Assembly: GCA_034520965.1 (NCBI GenBank) | Contig: JAXHMY010000001.1 | Span: 1,024,001-1,088,000 of the forward strand | Direction of reading: 5' to 3' | DNA: 64,000 nt | Origin: Spirochaetia bacterium | GTDB taxonomy: Bacteria > Spirochaetota > Spirochaetia > DSM-16054 > Sediminispirochaetaceae | In this document: positions 21,501-30,914 of the stretch, one piece after another | Position numbering within the stretch: the first letter of the stretch is position 1 | Layout: each line of letters begins with the position of its first letter | The notes under the pieces: generated by a model | Told to the model about the DNA's origin: nothing | Database searches by the model: none | Seen by the model: the letters and a program-made list of their open reading frames with translations, nothing else | Position numbers and translations under genes: made by a program

Positions 21501-21608
21501 TATCTTCGGAAGGTTCCACACTTTTCCATGGGAATCCGCCTTGAAGACAATGGTCGCGGTGAGGTGAGCTTGATCAACTGTAATTTTAAGGCGGCCTTTT
21601 GTTTCCAT
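18554..21608 (-). pseudogene. fapA: FapA (DUF342) family protein split by one extra base near 20286 (about 1017 aa if repaired); may be a sequencing error
   Basis: ORFs 20283-21608 and 18554-20386 overlap in different frames. Repeated FapA_N-like segments, then VKGNVDMHCGNIKFPGTVEIAGNV beta-helix and GTLYPGVVI C-terminus. Confidence 0.85.
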
Positions 21609-21613
21609 AGCAT

Positions 21614-22771
21614 CTACACTTTAAATCCCTGCTTGAATCCCTGCTCCGCGGCCTTCATCAACCTGCTTTTCAGGAGCTGGTTCTCCTTTTTCAACGCACC
21701 GACCTCGTACTGCTGAGCACGAATAGTATCAATAAGATCTCCGCGGGTAAGGGCCCCGCTGTGCAGTAAGTTCTCAAGATCCTGAACCTTGGCATCAAAG
21801 TCAACTTCCGCTTCCATCTCCGCAGTTTCATAGGACTGCTCGAGGTTATTAAAATTCAACAAGCCCGACTGTTCCTCTTCTTTATGCTGAATTATTTTGT
21901 CGGCCATACGGTACACCGCCTGGCTTAGTACCGAGGCCGGCTTATACGCGACTATCGGAAGCCGGGAGCTCAAGGCGATCTCCTGGAGATGATCGTAATA
22001 AATGACCCCCAAATGCTCCATATCGATTCCCAGATATTCACGGCAGGAACGGCGAATCTTTTCCGCCTTCCTGGCATCCTTCGGATCTTCAAGCATGTTC
22101 ATCACCAGCATCGGTCGAAAACTGCGCATGGTTTCTTGAAACTGCTCGTAGCTCTGCGGATCTTCCCGTGAGATCTTCTCCAGCAAGCGAGGGATATAGA
22201 CACGCTGCAGCTGATTGCCTTCCTTACGGAAGCTGTCCAGATACGCAGCGGCTGCAGAGCCTTTTTTGAAGGAGTTTCCCATAACCCGGAACACCGTGTT
22301 TTTCAGAAAAAGATAGGCGTTTAGCGTGGCGGTAAGGGTTGGAGTGGTTACCAGCATGCCCCGGGAAGAGGTAAGAAAGAAATCAAGGGTGTTGAAGTTG
22401 GTTCCGGCCCCCAGGTCAGCTATCAGGTAATCGGCATCGACACCATACAGACGGCGGATCAGTTTGGCCTTTTGGCCGCTCTTCAGATTTGCCATGCCGG
22501 GTATCTCAGCATCTCCCGGGATAAAACGCAGGTTCTCATACTCAGTGGGCAGGATTATATCATCGAATTTGAGCTTGGAATCCAGCAGGAAGGTTCCGAT
22601 CCCGGTACGCACCCCGCTCTGCCCCAGAGTTAGATGCAGATTACTGGCTCCCAGATCAAGGTCGGCGAGAACAACCTGCTTTCCGTAACTTGCCAATGCA
22701 ACCGCCAGATTAGTAGCTACCAGGGTCTTTCCCACCCCTCCCTTGCCGCTGGCGATTGGTATTATCTGCAT
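21614..22771 (-). CDS. MinD/FlhG-like P-loop ATPase with C-terminal coiled coil
   Basis: ASGKGGVGKT deviant Walker A, DLDLGASNL, DLGAG; directly upstream of fapA. Confidence 0.88.
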   Translation of the reverse strand: MQIIPIASGKGGVGKTLVATNLAVALASYGKQVVLADLDLGASNLHLTLGQSGVRTGIGTFLLDSKLKFDDIILPTEYENLRFIPGDAEIPGMANLKSGQKAKLIRRLYGVDADYLIADLGAGTNFNTLDFFLTSSRGMLVTTPTLTATLNAYLFLKNTVFRVMGNSFKKGSAAAAYLDSFRKEGNQLQRVYIPRLLEKISREDPQSYEQFQETMRSFRPMLVMNMLEDPKDARKAEKIRRSCREYLGIDMEHLGVIYYDHLQEIALSSRLPIVAYKPASVLSQAVYRMADKIIQHKEEEQSGLLNFNNLEQSYETAEMEAEVDFDAKVQDLENLLHSGALTRGDLIDTIRAQQYEVGALKKENQLLKSRLMKAAEQGFKQGFKV

Positions 22772-22774
22772 CTA

Positions 22775-23275
22775 CTACTCCTCGAAATTGTTTTCTACTT
22801 CAGTAATATCTACCGGCACAGTTTTAGATCTAGTGATTTTAGATCTAGGGAAAAGCGGTTTATATTTGACCAAACCTACCGCCGTAATCAAATCAACTAC
22901 AGTTATCAGTACTAACAAGGGCATCAGATTCGCAAAAAGTGCAGCCACGCCCCCCATTCTCACCGAAGAGCTGAGATAGTTAAGTAGAACCGGGATGATA
23001 CCCAGCTCATACAGCAGAAACAGGAGCCCAGCTGCCACTTGCAACAGCTTGGCCACCCCCACCACCCGGGCTACCACCCAGAAGCGCTGGGGCCGAACAG
23101 CCGGGAGAGCGGTGCCTATCAGAAAGGCAAAAGAGTATGACAACAGCCAAAAGAAAAAGAACCGGTACTCCATGGACTGTAGTGGGTTTAGATACATATG
23201 CAGAAGCTGTACCAGTAACACATACCTGGCAACCTCCCATATAAATGCTATTGAGGGAATAATACGGTGTCTCAT
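22775..23275 (-). CDS. Hypothetical membrane protein
   Basis: About 4 hydrophobic segments; first gene of the flhG-like/fapA/lgt run. Confidence 0.65.
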   Translation of the reverse strand: MRHRIIPSIAFIWEVARYVLLVQLLHMYLNPLQSMEYRFFFFWLLSYSFAFLIGTALPAVRPQRFWVVARVVGVAKLLQVAAGLLFLLYELGIIPVLLNYLSSSVRMGGVAALFANLMPLLVLITVVDLITAVGLVKYKPLFPRSKITRSKTVPVDITEVENNFEE

Positions 23276-23319
23276 CTACAGCAAAGTGTACGCAGAGTAA
23301 AGACACAGGTCAATAGTGG

Positions 23320-24596
23320 TTAATGGTTCAAACCATGGGGGATGCAATTTTTCACACGCCCCGTGCGAGTAAGGGCGATTACATCCACACATATTTGGGC
23401 CAGTACATCCCGTCGAACTTATCCAGGGTTCCGGTCATCCGAGCCCACACCATCAGTTGCGACCAGTTGAGCTTTACATGGGTGTAGAACTTGCGCATGG
23501 TAAAGATACCCCGCAGCCCTCTCGCGATTTTACCCCGAGGCACCCCGGCCACCTCGGCATGGGAGAAGTTCTGAAGAAATGGATCTCCGATGCGAAAAGG
23601 CTTAAAATAATTCTGATACAGCTGGTAGACGGCCATGCGCTCAAGACAGTTATTCACATTCTGAGAGAAACGCACCGTCTCGCGCACATGATTTGCATTA
23701 TCCTTCCTGAATTGCCTGTCCAGATAGTTGACAGAAAAAAGTGGATTGTCAATGGTGCGTTCGAGCTGTGAAGAGATTCTCACATGCTCAAACCTCCCCT
23801 CACTTTTTAGGCTCTGCAGCACATCCGAGCCCATGACCAATCTTTGATACTCTAACTTCTCATCGCTGTAGAGGCAGGTAAACCACCGCTTCTGCGCGTA
23901 TTGTTCGACCAGATCGACAATCTGCAGGAAAGACTGACTGATGGATATCCTCTTGCGGATGTAGTGCCTCTCCCGCTGGTCACGCTCGTCCTTCTGCAGC
24001 TCGGTCATCTTTCCCTTGCGCCGCAAATGGGCATAGTCGAAGGTGATAAAGAACTGTGAACGCTTGCCGGCCAGGATGTGAATGTTATTCGGCTGGTACT
24101 GATCGCTGACAAAGCTCTCGAACCCGTCGGTGACCAGATCCTCACAGGGAACATAGTCCTGCAGGACATCGGCCTGCAGCGCAATGGCCTGACGGGCGAG
24201 ACGGCCTAAGCGGTTGATGATCGCCTGGTGGCTGACCTCCATTATACGGGCGGTTTTACGCACTCCTCCGCAGTTGGTCATATGATCGAAAATCACCTGA
24301 TAGTCGAGCTTTCTCTTTACATAATAATCCAGGCGAAAGGTTTGCTCACTGAAACCTCCTCCGCAGCCGAGGCATTTGAAGCGGGTGACCGTCCCATGGG
24401 CCAGGGTCTCGTAGCTGCCATTGATGTGGTACCAGCGCCCATGGTCTGGGGGCTTTGTGTGATATTCACATTCGGGATGGGGACAAAATGGGGGGATAAG
24501 CATTGGCAGGCCTCCTCTAAAATAAAGTGTGGGTACACTCTAATAGAGAGGCTAAGTCGCCTCCCTGCTTCAATTCCCCATGGTTTGAACCATTAA
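23320..24596 (-). mobile_element. Insertion sequence (IS1-like) with 21-bp perfect terminal inverted repeats
   Basis: TTAATGGTTCAAACCATGGGG (23320-23340) and its exact reverse complement (24576-24596) flank one transposase-like ORF. Confidence 0.88.
23379..24503 (-). CDS. IS1-like transposase (Zn ribbon, HTH, DDE-type core)
   Basis: CPHPEC...RFKCLGC Zn ribbon; GVRKTARIMEVSHQAI HTH; TDGFES, YSDE and RETVRFSQ. Confidence 0.8.
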   Translation of the reverse strand: MLIPPFCPHPECEYHTKPPDHGRWYHINGSYETLAHGTVTRFKCLGCGGGFSEQTFRLDYYVKRKLDYQVIFDHMTNCGGVRKTARIMEVSHQAIINRLGRLARQAIALQADVLQDYVPCEDLVTDGFESFVSDQYQPNNIHILAGKRSQFFITFDYAHLRRKGKMTELQKDERDQRERHYIRKRISISQSFLQIVDLVEQYAQKRWFTCLYSDEKLEYQRLVMGSDVLQSLKSEGRFEHVRISSQLERTIDNPLFSVNYLDRQFRKDNANHVRETVRFSQNVNNCLERMAVYQLYQNYFKPFRIGDPFLQNFSHAEVAGVPRGKIARGLRGIFTMRKFYTHVKLNWSQLMVWARMTGTLDKFDGMYWPKYVWM

Positions 24597-24649
24597 TTAA
24601 CTTGACAAATGAGGCGAAACCTAGAAAATAAAGAATTAGAGAGGTTCAA

Positions 24650-26188
24650 ATGAAAAACGGCGACAAACTCACCTGGATAGGGACAGCATGTGCGGTATTT
24701 GTATTCGGGCTGGTGGTAGCCTTCACCCCCCGAGTAGAAGCCGAACAGTCCGATCAGGCTACGCAGCAGTATATTGACCGCATTCAATACGCATTTAATT
24801 TTATTCTGCAGAATTATGTTGAAGAAATTCCCCCCGAGCAGCTTTATGAGGGGGCAATGGAGGGGCTGTTTGAAAGTCTGGACGACCCCTACTCTTATTA
24901 TCTGACCGCAAGTGATATGGAGGACCTCACCGACACTACCACCGGTAAATTCGGCGGGGTGGGTCTGTATATCAGCAAGCCTGCTGAGGCCGAAAGTGAC
25001 CCACAGGCTGATAACGGAAGGGATGCCTTCATCAAGGTGGTTGCTCCAATTGAGGATACCCCTGCCTACCGGGCGGGCATCCACGCCGGGGACTACATCA
25101 CAAAAATCGAGGACGAGTCTACCAAGAAACTCACCGTAGACGATGTGGTCGACCGCTTGAGGGGTGAACCCGGCAGTACCGTTACCGTGACCATCCTGCG
25201 GGGCAAGGACATTACCTTCGATGTGGATATCACCCGCGCCATCATAGAGATTCCTACAGTCAAACATTCCATGATCCATGATACTATCGGATACATCCGT
25301 ATTATTCAGTTTACCCCTTATACCGACGACCGTGTCCAAGAGGCGCTGCGCGAGTTTAAGCAGCAGAATTACTCAAAACTTATCATAGATGTGCGTCAGA
25401 ATCCCGGCGGCCTGCTAACCTCGGTTACCGACACCGTCGATCTGATTCAATCGGAGGGAACCATTGTAAGTACCCGTTCCCGGATAGCCCAGGAAAACGA
25501 AGTGTTCAACGCAGATCCTGCTCGCGAGGTAGCCCCCGATATACCCATCGTGGTGCTGATAGACCAGGGGTCCGCTTCTGCCTCGGAAATTTTGGCCGGA
25601 GCGCTGAAAGATACCGGACGGGGGGTGCTGATAGGTCAAACCAGTTTTGGAAAAGGGTCGGTACAGAAAATCATTCCCTTTGGTCGCAGCGGTTTCAAAC
25701 TGACTATCTCCCGCTATTATACCCCCAGCGGGGTGAATATCGACAAGGTGGGGATCGACCCGGACGTTGAGGTCAAGGAACCGGAGCTTACCGAAGAGGA
25801 CAACGACGATCTGAAACAGATTTTCGAGAAACGGCTGCTTTCCAAGTTTGTTGATGAGAACCCGGAAGCCTCGGAAAGCGAAAAAGAGGCCTTTGTGGAG
25901 CGGCTGCGAAGTGAATACAATATAAAAATAGAAGAGCGGGTACTGCGCAGGCTGCTGCGAAACGAGTTTCAGCGGCGTATGGATTTTCCGCCGGTGTACG
26001 ACCTCGAATACGACCAGCCCCTGCAGAAAGCCGTAGAGATGCTGGAAGAGGGCAGTATCTCTGAGATGATAGACGAGGCCCGAAAAAACGCTCCCGCCGG
26101 CGGCTCAGCTGCCGAGGGGGCGATCAACTTCGATCTGTTCGATTTTCCCGCAACAGGAACAGAGAGAAAGGAGAAGCCTAAGCCATGA
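24650..26188 (+). CDS. ctpA: S41 family C-terminal processing peptidase
   Basis: LDDPYS, FGGVG PDZ entry, DVRQNPGG, SASASEI, FGKGSVQ, YYTPSG. Confidence 0.95.
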   Translation: MKNGDKLTWIGTACAVFVFGLVVAFTPRVEAEQSDQATQQYIDRIQYAFNFILQNYVEEIPPEQLYEGAMEGLFESLDDPYSYYLTASDMEDLTDTTTGKFGGVGLYISKPAEAESDPQADNGRDAFIKVVAPIEDTPAYRAGIHAGDYITKIEDESTKKLTVDDVVDRLRGEPGSTVTVTILRGKDITFDVDITRAIIEIPTVKHSMIHDTIGYIRIIQFTPYTDDRVQEALREFKQQNYSKLIIDVRQNPGGLLTSVTDTVDLIQSEGTIVSTRSRIAQENEVFNADPAREVAPDIPIVVLIDQGSASASEILAGALKDTGRGVLIGQTSFGKGSVQKIIPFGRSGFKLTISRYYTPSGVNIDKVGIDPDVEVKEPELTEEDNDDLKQIFEKRLLSKFVDENPEASESEKEAFVERLRSEYNIKIEERVLRRLLRNEFQRRMDFPPVYDLEYDQPLQKAVEMLEEGSISEMIDEARKNAPAGGSAAEGAINFDLFDFPATGTERKEKPKP

Positions 26189-26583
26189 CCCACACTACCC
26201 TCACGATACGAACCGGAGCTCATACCGAGCTTAACGACATCAGCTCTCAGGTGGCCAAGGCGGTACGCGACAGCGGAGTTCAAGAGGGCCGCTGCAGCGT
26301 GTACATACCGCACACCACCTGTGGGGTAACCATCAATGAAAACGCCGACCCCTCGGTAAAAAAGGACATTCTAAAAGAGCTGAATAAGGTTATCCCTCTG
26401 GATGACGGGTATTCCCACATGGAGGGCAATTCCGCCGCTCACATCAAATCTTCGCTAATGGGCTTTAGTGTCACTATTCCGGTCAGTGGTGGACGGATGA
26501 TGCTGGGCACCTGGCAGGGGGTCTACCTCTGCGAGTTCGACGGCCCCCGCAGCCGCAAGGCCATTGTTTCGGTTGGCGATTAG
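26185..26583 (+). CDS. yjbQ: YjbQ/UPF0047 family protein
   Basis: PHTTCGVTINENADP, GNSAAHIK, LGTWQGVYLCEFDGPR. Confidence 0.93.
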   Translation: MTHTTLTIRTGAHTELNDISSQVAKAVRDSGVQEGRCSVYIPHTTCGVTINENADPSVKKDILKELNKVIPLDDGYSHMEGNSAAHIKSSLMGFSVTIPVSGGRMMLGTWQGVYLCEFDGPRSRKAIVSVGD

Positions 26584-26591
26584 GCATAAAG

Positions 26592-27485
26592 GTGCGCCGT
26601 TATCTGCTGCCCCCGGAAGCTGCCGTTGACGACCCGCCTTCCAGGCTTGTTCTGGAGGGGGAGGAGTTCCACTACCTTGCCCATGTGCTGCGCTATGGAA
26701 CCGGCAGCCGTTTTGAGGCAATCGACCGCAGGGGACGTCGATATCAGGCAGAAATAACCGCATGCATGCCCCGCTCGCTGGAACTTGAACTGGAACTCCA
26801 GCCAGGGCTCACATCGGAGCCGGAAGTGGAACCCGAACCGGCTGCAACCCCGGCCCCGGGGCCGGGAGTGGGGCTCACATCGGAGCCGGGTGGAGTGAGG
26901 CTGCAGCCGGGGTTCCAGCCCACCTACTATCTGTACCAGGCACTGCTGAAGGGTAAAAAGATGGATGCTGTTATTCGGCAGGCGGCGGCGGCCGGAGTTG
27001 AACACATTATCCCCTTGGAAACAGAGCGGACCGTGGCCAAGCTGGAGCAGGGGCGGGAACAGAAAAAATATGCCCGCTGGGAGGCTCTGGTGAAAGAGGC
27101 GGTACAGCAGAGCGGCAGCAAGGTCATTCCCCAAATTCATCCAACCGCGCCGCTGCGGGATGTGAAAAAAAAGTGCCCAGCTACAACTTTAAGACTCATT
27201 TTTCATGAGGTACCCCTTGAAAAGGCTTCACTTCACAGGTATCTTTCCAGTTGCCCGCAACAGGTAGCACTTTTTATAGGTCCGGAGGGGGGCTTTTCGC
27301 CGGATGAGCTTGCGCTGCTGCACAGTTACGACTGCCGACCGGTGCATCTGCCCACCAATGTACTCCGGGCTGAGACTGCCGCCATTTATGCGATCGGGGC
27401 TATTCAAACAATTGTAGGGGAGAGGGAGCAGTGGAAACACGTACCCCAATTTCCGGAAACGACGGACACAGCCGCATCTCAGTAA
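26592..27485 (+). CDS. rsmE: 16S rRNA m3U1498 methyltransferase
   Basis: HYLAHVLR, EAVQQS, IGPEGGFS, LRAETAA; GTG start; low-complexity internal insertion. Confidence 0.92.
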   Translation: MRRYLLPPEAAVDDPPSRLVLEGEEFHYLAHVLRYGTGSRFEAIDRRGRRYQAEITACMPRSLELELELQPGLTSEPEVEPEPAATPAPGPGVGLTSEPGGVRLQPGFQPTYYLYQALLKGKKMDAVIRQAAAAGVEHIIPLETERTVAKLEQGREQKKYARWEALVKEAVQQSGSKVIPQIHPTAPLRDVKKKCPATTLRLIFHEVPLEKASLHRYLSSCPQQVALFIGPEGGFSPDELALLHSYDCRPVHLPTNVLRAETAAIYAIGAIQTIVGEREQWKHVPQFPETTDTAASQ

Positions 27486-28198
27486 TCGGTGTACCCGTCG
27501 ATGTACTTCCGGAAAAGGATATTGAAGAGACAGTACGAAACTATCTCGATGAGCAGGGAAAGCATCAAATTGTGTTCCTGACTCTATGGGATTTACTCCG
27601 AGCCCGCGGGAACAGCGACTTTGCCAGCACGGTGCGTGAGGCCGGATTAGTTATTCCAACTTCAAAAAGCATTCAAAAGGCAGCCCGTTTTCTGAAAACA
27701 AGGGAGCCGGTTCGTTATATGCCTTTTGCATTTGTAATCCGCCTGCTGGGGGTACTGGAAAAGCACGGAAAAAGTGTGTATCTGGTTGGGCTTCGACCCG
27801 AGGCCCTGCACATCGCATCGGGGAACCTGCGGGACAGCTTTCCCGGCCTGCAGATAGTAGGGCGCTATGCCGGTTATTTCTCGGATGAGCGGGAGGAGGA
27901 TGTAGTGACGGCCATCAAAAAGGCCGGTCCTTCCCTGGTGCTGGCCGGCCCCGGTGTGAAAAATGGAAGGTTATGGTTCCGTAAGCACCGAAAAGAGATG
28001 CCGGTTGGCCTGTCTCTATGGTGCGGTGAGTGTTTTGACATTTTCAGCGGCAAACGGGAAAAACCGGCGGAAAAGAGCTGGAACCGCGGAACCTATTGGG
28101 TGCGGGATCTCATCCGACGGCCATGGACTATTTTACGGGTATTCTATTACAGTTATTTCCTACTGCTGCTGTTGTTTTATCGGATAAAAAGCTCCTGA
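27431..28198 (+). CDS. WecB/TagA/CpsF family glycosyltransferase
   Basis: ISVIGVPVD, FPGLQIVG...GYF, FDIFSGK pattern. Confidence 0.85.
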   Translation: METRTPISGNDGHSRISVIGVPVDVLPEKDIEETVRNYLDEQGKHQIVFLTLWDLLRARGNSDFASTVREAGLVIPTSKSIQKAARFLKTREPVRYMPFAFVIRLLGVLEKHGKSVYLVGLRPEALHIASGNLRDSFPGLQIVGRYAGYFSDEREEDVVTAIKKAGPSLVLAGPGVKNGRLWFRKHRKEMPVGLSLWCGECFDIFSGKREKPAEKSWNRGTYWVRDLIRRPWTILRVFYYSYFLLLLLFYRIKSS

Positions 28199-28215
28199 GG
28201 GGCCCCTTCAGCATT

Positions 28216-28254
28216 GAGAGCCTGAGAGCCTGAGAGCCTGCGGGCCTGAGGGCT
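28216..28254. repeat. Intergenic tandem repeat GAGAGCCT x3 plus degenerate copies
   Basis: Read directly between convergent genes. Confidence 0.85.
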
Positions 28255-28272
28255 GAGGCTCTACGGCGGGGA

Positions 28273-28722
28273 TTACAGTTCGTACAATTTTAAATATTCA
28301 TACAGTTCTTTGAAGCGGTCTTCCATCGACCCGGCCACCGCACGCCCAATTGCCCGGCGCAGGCCCGGCAGCAGCAGAAACAGTCCCAGCACATCGCCGA
28401 CAAAGCCGGGAGTAATTAGCAGGACCGCAGCTACCAGCAATCCGGCCATTTCAAAAAACTCGATCCCCGGATAGTAGCCGTCTTTGATCCGTCCGTGCAT
28501 AGTATCAAGCACAGCCCGGATTATCCAAAAAGTGAATAACAGCCCAAGAAGGCCGGTTGCAGTAACCAGCACCAACAGCACATACTTTGGCACAAGCTCC
28601 ACCAACTGCAGCAGCACATACATATCCGCTATCGGTATGAGTGAGAGCAGCAGGATTATATAGAGCAGCCGTAAAATAAAGCCACTGTCTAAAAAGCGCA
28701 TTAATGAACGAATTTCTAACAT
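28273..28722 (-). CDS. fxsA: FxsA family membrane protein
   Basis: LLITPGFVGDVLGLFLLLP signature; start uncertain (28722 or 28701). Confidence 0.85.
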   Translation of the reverse strand: MLEIRSLMRFLDSGFILRLLYIILLLSLIPIADMYVLLQLVELVPKYVLLVLVTATGLLGLLFTFWIIRAVLDTMHGRIKDGYYPGIEFFEMAGLLVAAVLLITPGFVGDVLGLFLLLPGLRRAIGRAVAGSMEDRFKELYEYLKLYEL

Positions 28723-28917
28723 ACCTATAAAAATATCACAGAGATTACGCAGACACAAGTATGCCTCCCGGATAGTGCAATGCACTATTCAAACTGAGGA
28801 GTGCTGTCCCGGGTATTACTACCGGCGAGAATTTTCGCCGACAAACTCTCCAAATGAATATTCACCTTGCAGATTATATCTCCTACTATAGGAATATATA
28901 AAAAAAAGGGAAAGCGA

Positions 28918-30066
28918 GTGTCCAAAATTTTGTATGTTGATGCTCATGCCCCGAGCCATGAGTTGCTGCGAAATACCTTTCCATACCTCACTATTTATTC
29001 TGCCTATTCAATTAGTGAGGGTCTTACTACAATCGGCAGCATAAAACCCGACCTTATTCTTACCGAAATCGATTTTCCCGGCGAGAAGGGGTTCTCACTG
29101 TTAGAGCAGCTGGTCCAGCACTCCCCGCGGCGGCCGGTGGTGGTTTTAAGTACGCTGGACTCCACCCCAAATGTGGTGCGGGCCCTGCATATTGGAGCAG
29201 AACACTTTTTCTCCAAACCCTTCGTTCCTGGACAGCTGTGCCGGCATGTTCACGAGCTGCTGGCTCTGATGTATCCTCTGCAGCAGCAGATACCGAAGGA
29301 GGAAAACGGGAACGATATCTCCAGCCCTCTGGATGCGCTTACGGGCTGTTCCGAGGCCCTGTTTCAGCTTAAACACTCGCTGCGTCTGTTTGCTGCGGCG
29401 GATGCGCCGGTTTTGATCACCGGTGAAAGCGGGAGCGGGAAAGAGCTGGTTGCCCAGACCCTGCATAAACTCTCTCCCCGCTGTAATGGCCCTTATAAAA
29501 CGGTGCATTGCGGGGCAATTCCTATGAGCCTGCTGGAAGCAGAGCTCTACGGTTGCGAGCCGGGTGCCTTCACCGGGTCGATCCGGCGGCCGGGCCATTT
29601 CGAGCAGGCCCATCAGGGAAGTCTGTTTCTCGATGAAATTGCCGAGATGTCCCCCGCCGGACAGATGAAACTGCTGCGTATTATTGAAGCGCAGCAGGTG
29701 ACCAGAATCGGAGGAAGGCGCCCCATTCCTATCAGTGTAAGGATTATATGTGCAACGAATCGGGATATAACCGAGCTTGTATCGCAGGGGAGCTTCCGGG
29801 CCGATCTTTATTTCAGGATTCACACGCTGCCGATCAACCTGCCGCCGCTAAGAGCCAGAAAAGAGGATATTGCCCCCCTGTCGCTGCAATTTTTACGACA
29901 GCAGCAGAGCTGCCTGGAAAACCCTATTTCCTACTCCGCCTTGATAAAACTCACCCAATACGACTGGCCGGGAAATGTAAGGGAGTTGCGGAACACCCTG
30001 CAGTTAGCCATGGTCCTGTCCCGGGGAGAAGTAATTCAGGCAGAACACATTCGAGTGGCTTATTAA
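28918..30066 (+). CDS. Sigma54-dependent activator (atypical REC + AAA+, no C-terminal HTH)
   Basis: GESGSGKE, ELYG, GAFTGS, FLDEI, FRADLYFR, WPGNVREL; GTG start 28918. Confidence 0.9.
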   Translation: MSKILYVDAHAPSHELLRNTFPYLTIYSAYSISEGLTTIGSIKPDLILTEIDFPGEKGFSLLEQLVQHSPRRPVVVLSTLDSTPNVVRALHIGAEHFFSKPFVPGQLCRHVHELLALMYPLQQQIPKEENGNDISSPLDALTGCSEALFQLKHSLRLFAAADAPVLITGESGSGKELVAQTLHKLSPRCNGPYKTVHCGAIPMSLLEAELYGCEPGAFTGSIRRPGHFEQAHQGSLFLDEIAEMSPAGQMKLLRIIEAQQVTRIGGRRPIPISVRIICATNRDITELVSQGSFRADLYFRIHTLPINLPPLRARKEDIAPLSLQFLRQQQSCLENPISYSALIKLTQYDWPGNVRELRNTLQLAMVLSRGEVIQAEHIRVAY

Positions 30067-30095
30067 GCTTATTATTAAGCTTATTATTAAGCTTA
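30060..30095. repeat. Tandem repeat TTATTAAGCTTA x3
   Basis: Exact 12-bp units that contain the stop codons of both convergent genes. Confidence 0.92.
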
Positions 30096-30623
30096 TTGAA
30101 TAACCCTTACTTCAACTGCCTGGAGGACAGGAAAACGGTTGCCCTGCTGGTCCTGGCCATAGCCAAGGTAGCGGCCTATCAGCAGCACATGGGAGTGCAG
30201 GGGGATCTCGTTGGCTGAGGTCTCACGGCTGCGGGGTTTGGGTACTGTTCCATAAAACTTCGGCCCCCGCAGCTGGGCATAGCAGCGGTACAGCTGCAGC
30301 TCTTCGCCATCTACCCACTCTCCGGAAGATAGTTCCAGAATGCCCAGATAATCCTGTTCATCCTCATTCACCAGCTGGCGGGAGGAGACAATTCCATTGA
30401 TCATAAGGTACCGGTCTTTGGGGATTGCCTCTGTATCACCGGCCACCACTTGTGCTGCCAGGCGATCCAAGGTTAAATCGAAGGCCACTACCTCTTCAAA
30501 CATGGGCAGCACCGGCGGCGCCTGTTCAGACTGCTCCTGTGCCGTCAAGACCGCCGGCACACACGAGAGAAAAACCGTCAACATAATACCCATAAAACTT
30601 GAAAATACGATATCGGACCGCAT
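30093..30623 (-). CDS. Hypothetical exported protein (possible OB-fold)
   Basis: Signal-peptide-like N-terminus; beta-rich body ending PVLQAVEVRVIQ. Confidence 0.7.
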   Translation of the reverse strand: MRSDIVFSSFMGIMLTVFLSCVPAVLTAQEQSEQAPPVLPMFEEVVAFDLTLDRLAAQVVAGDTEAIPKDRYLMINGIVSSRQLVNEDEQDYLGILELSSGEWVDGEELQLYRCYAQLRGPKFYGTVPKPRSRETSANEIPLHSHVLLIGRYLGYGQDQQGNRFPVLQAVEVRVIQ

Positions 30624-30844
30624 AAAGTACCTCTTTTCACATCAGCAATCATACTGATTGTATGGCTTTATCATGGAGCGGTCAAGTTTAGGAGAAATCT
30701 ATTTGATTTTTTACGAATTAATGTCGATATCTCTAGAGTAAATGTAGTGGAAAAGTGGAACACTGCAGCGGGTAATCAGACTAACTTATTTATACGGAGT
30801 AAAAATAAAGAGCGGAGAACTGACCACTTTTTCAGGAGAAAGGT

Positions 30845-30873
30845 TTGACAAAATATGATTACCTGAATAAGAT
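30845..30873 (+). promoter_or_regulatory. Sigma70-type promoter of the STAS-CesT-pspA operon
   Basis: TTGACA, 17 nt, TAAGAT. Confidence 0.6.
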
Positions 30874-30914
30874 TGTAGTGACCGTGAGAAAGTATCGTAC
30901 GATAGAGAGGTTTC

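Noticed and set aside
24593..25339. Long antisense or shadow ORFs (also 2526-3707, 20628-21716, 36405-37190, 38733-39599, 53003-53785)
   Set aside because: They lie opposite well-supported genes, as expected in GC-rich DNA, and show no motifs.
30060..30095. Short repeat arrays (also 28216-28254) as CRISPR
   Set aside because: Head-to-tail units with no spacers and no cas genes.
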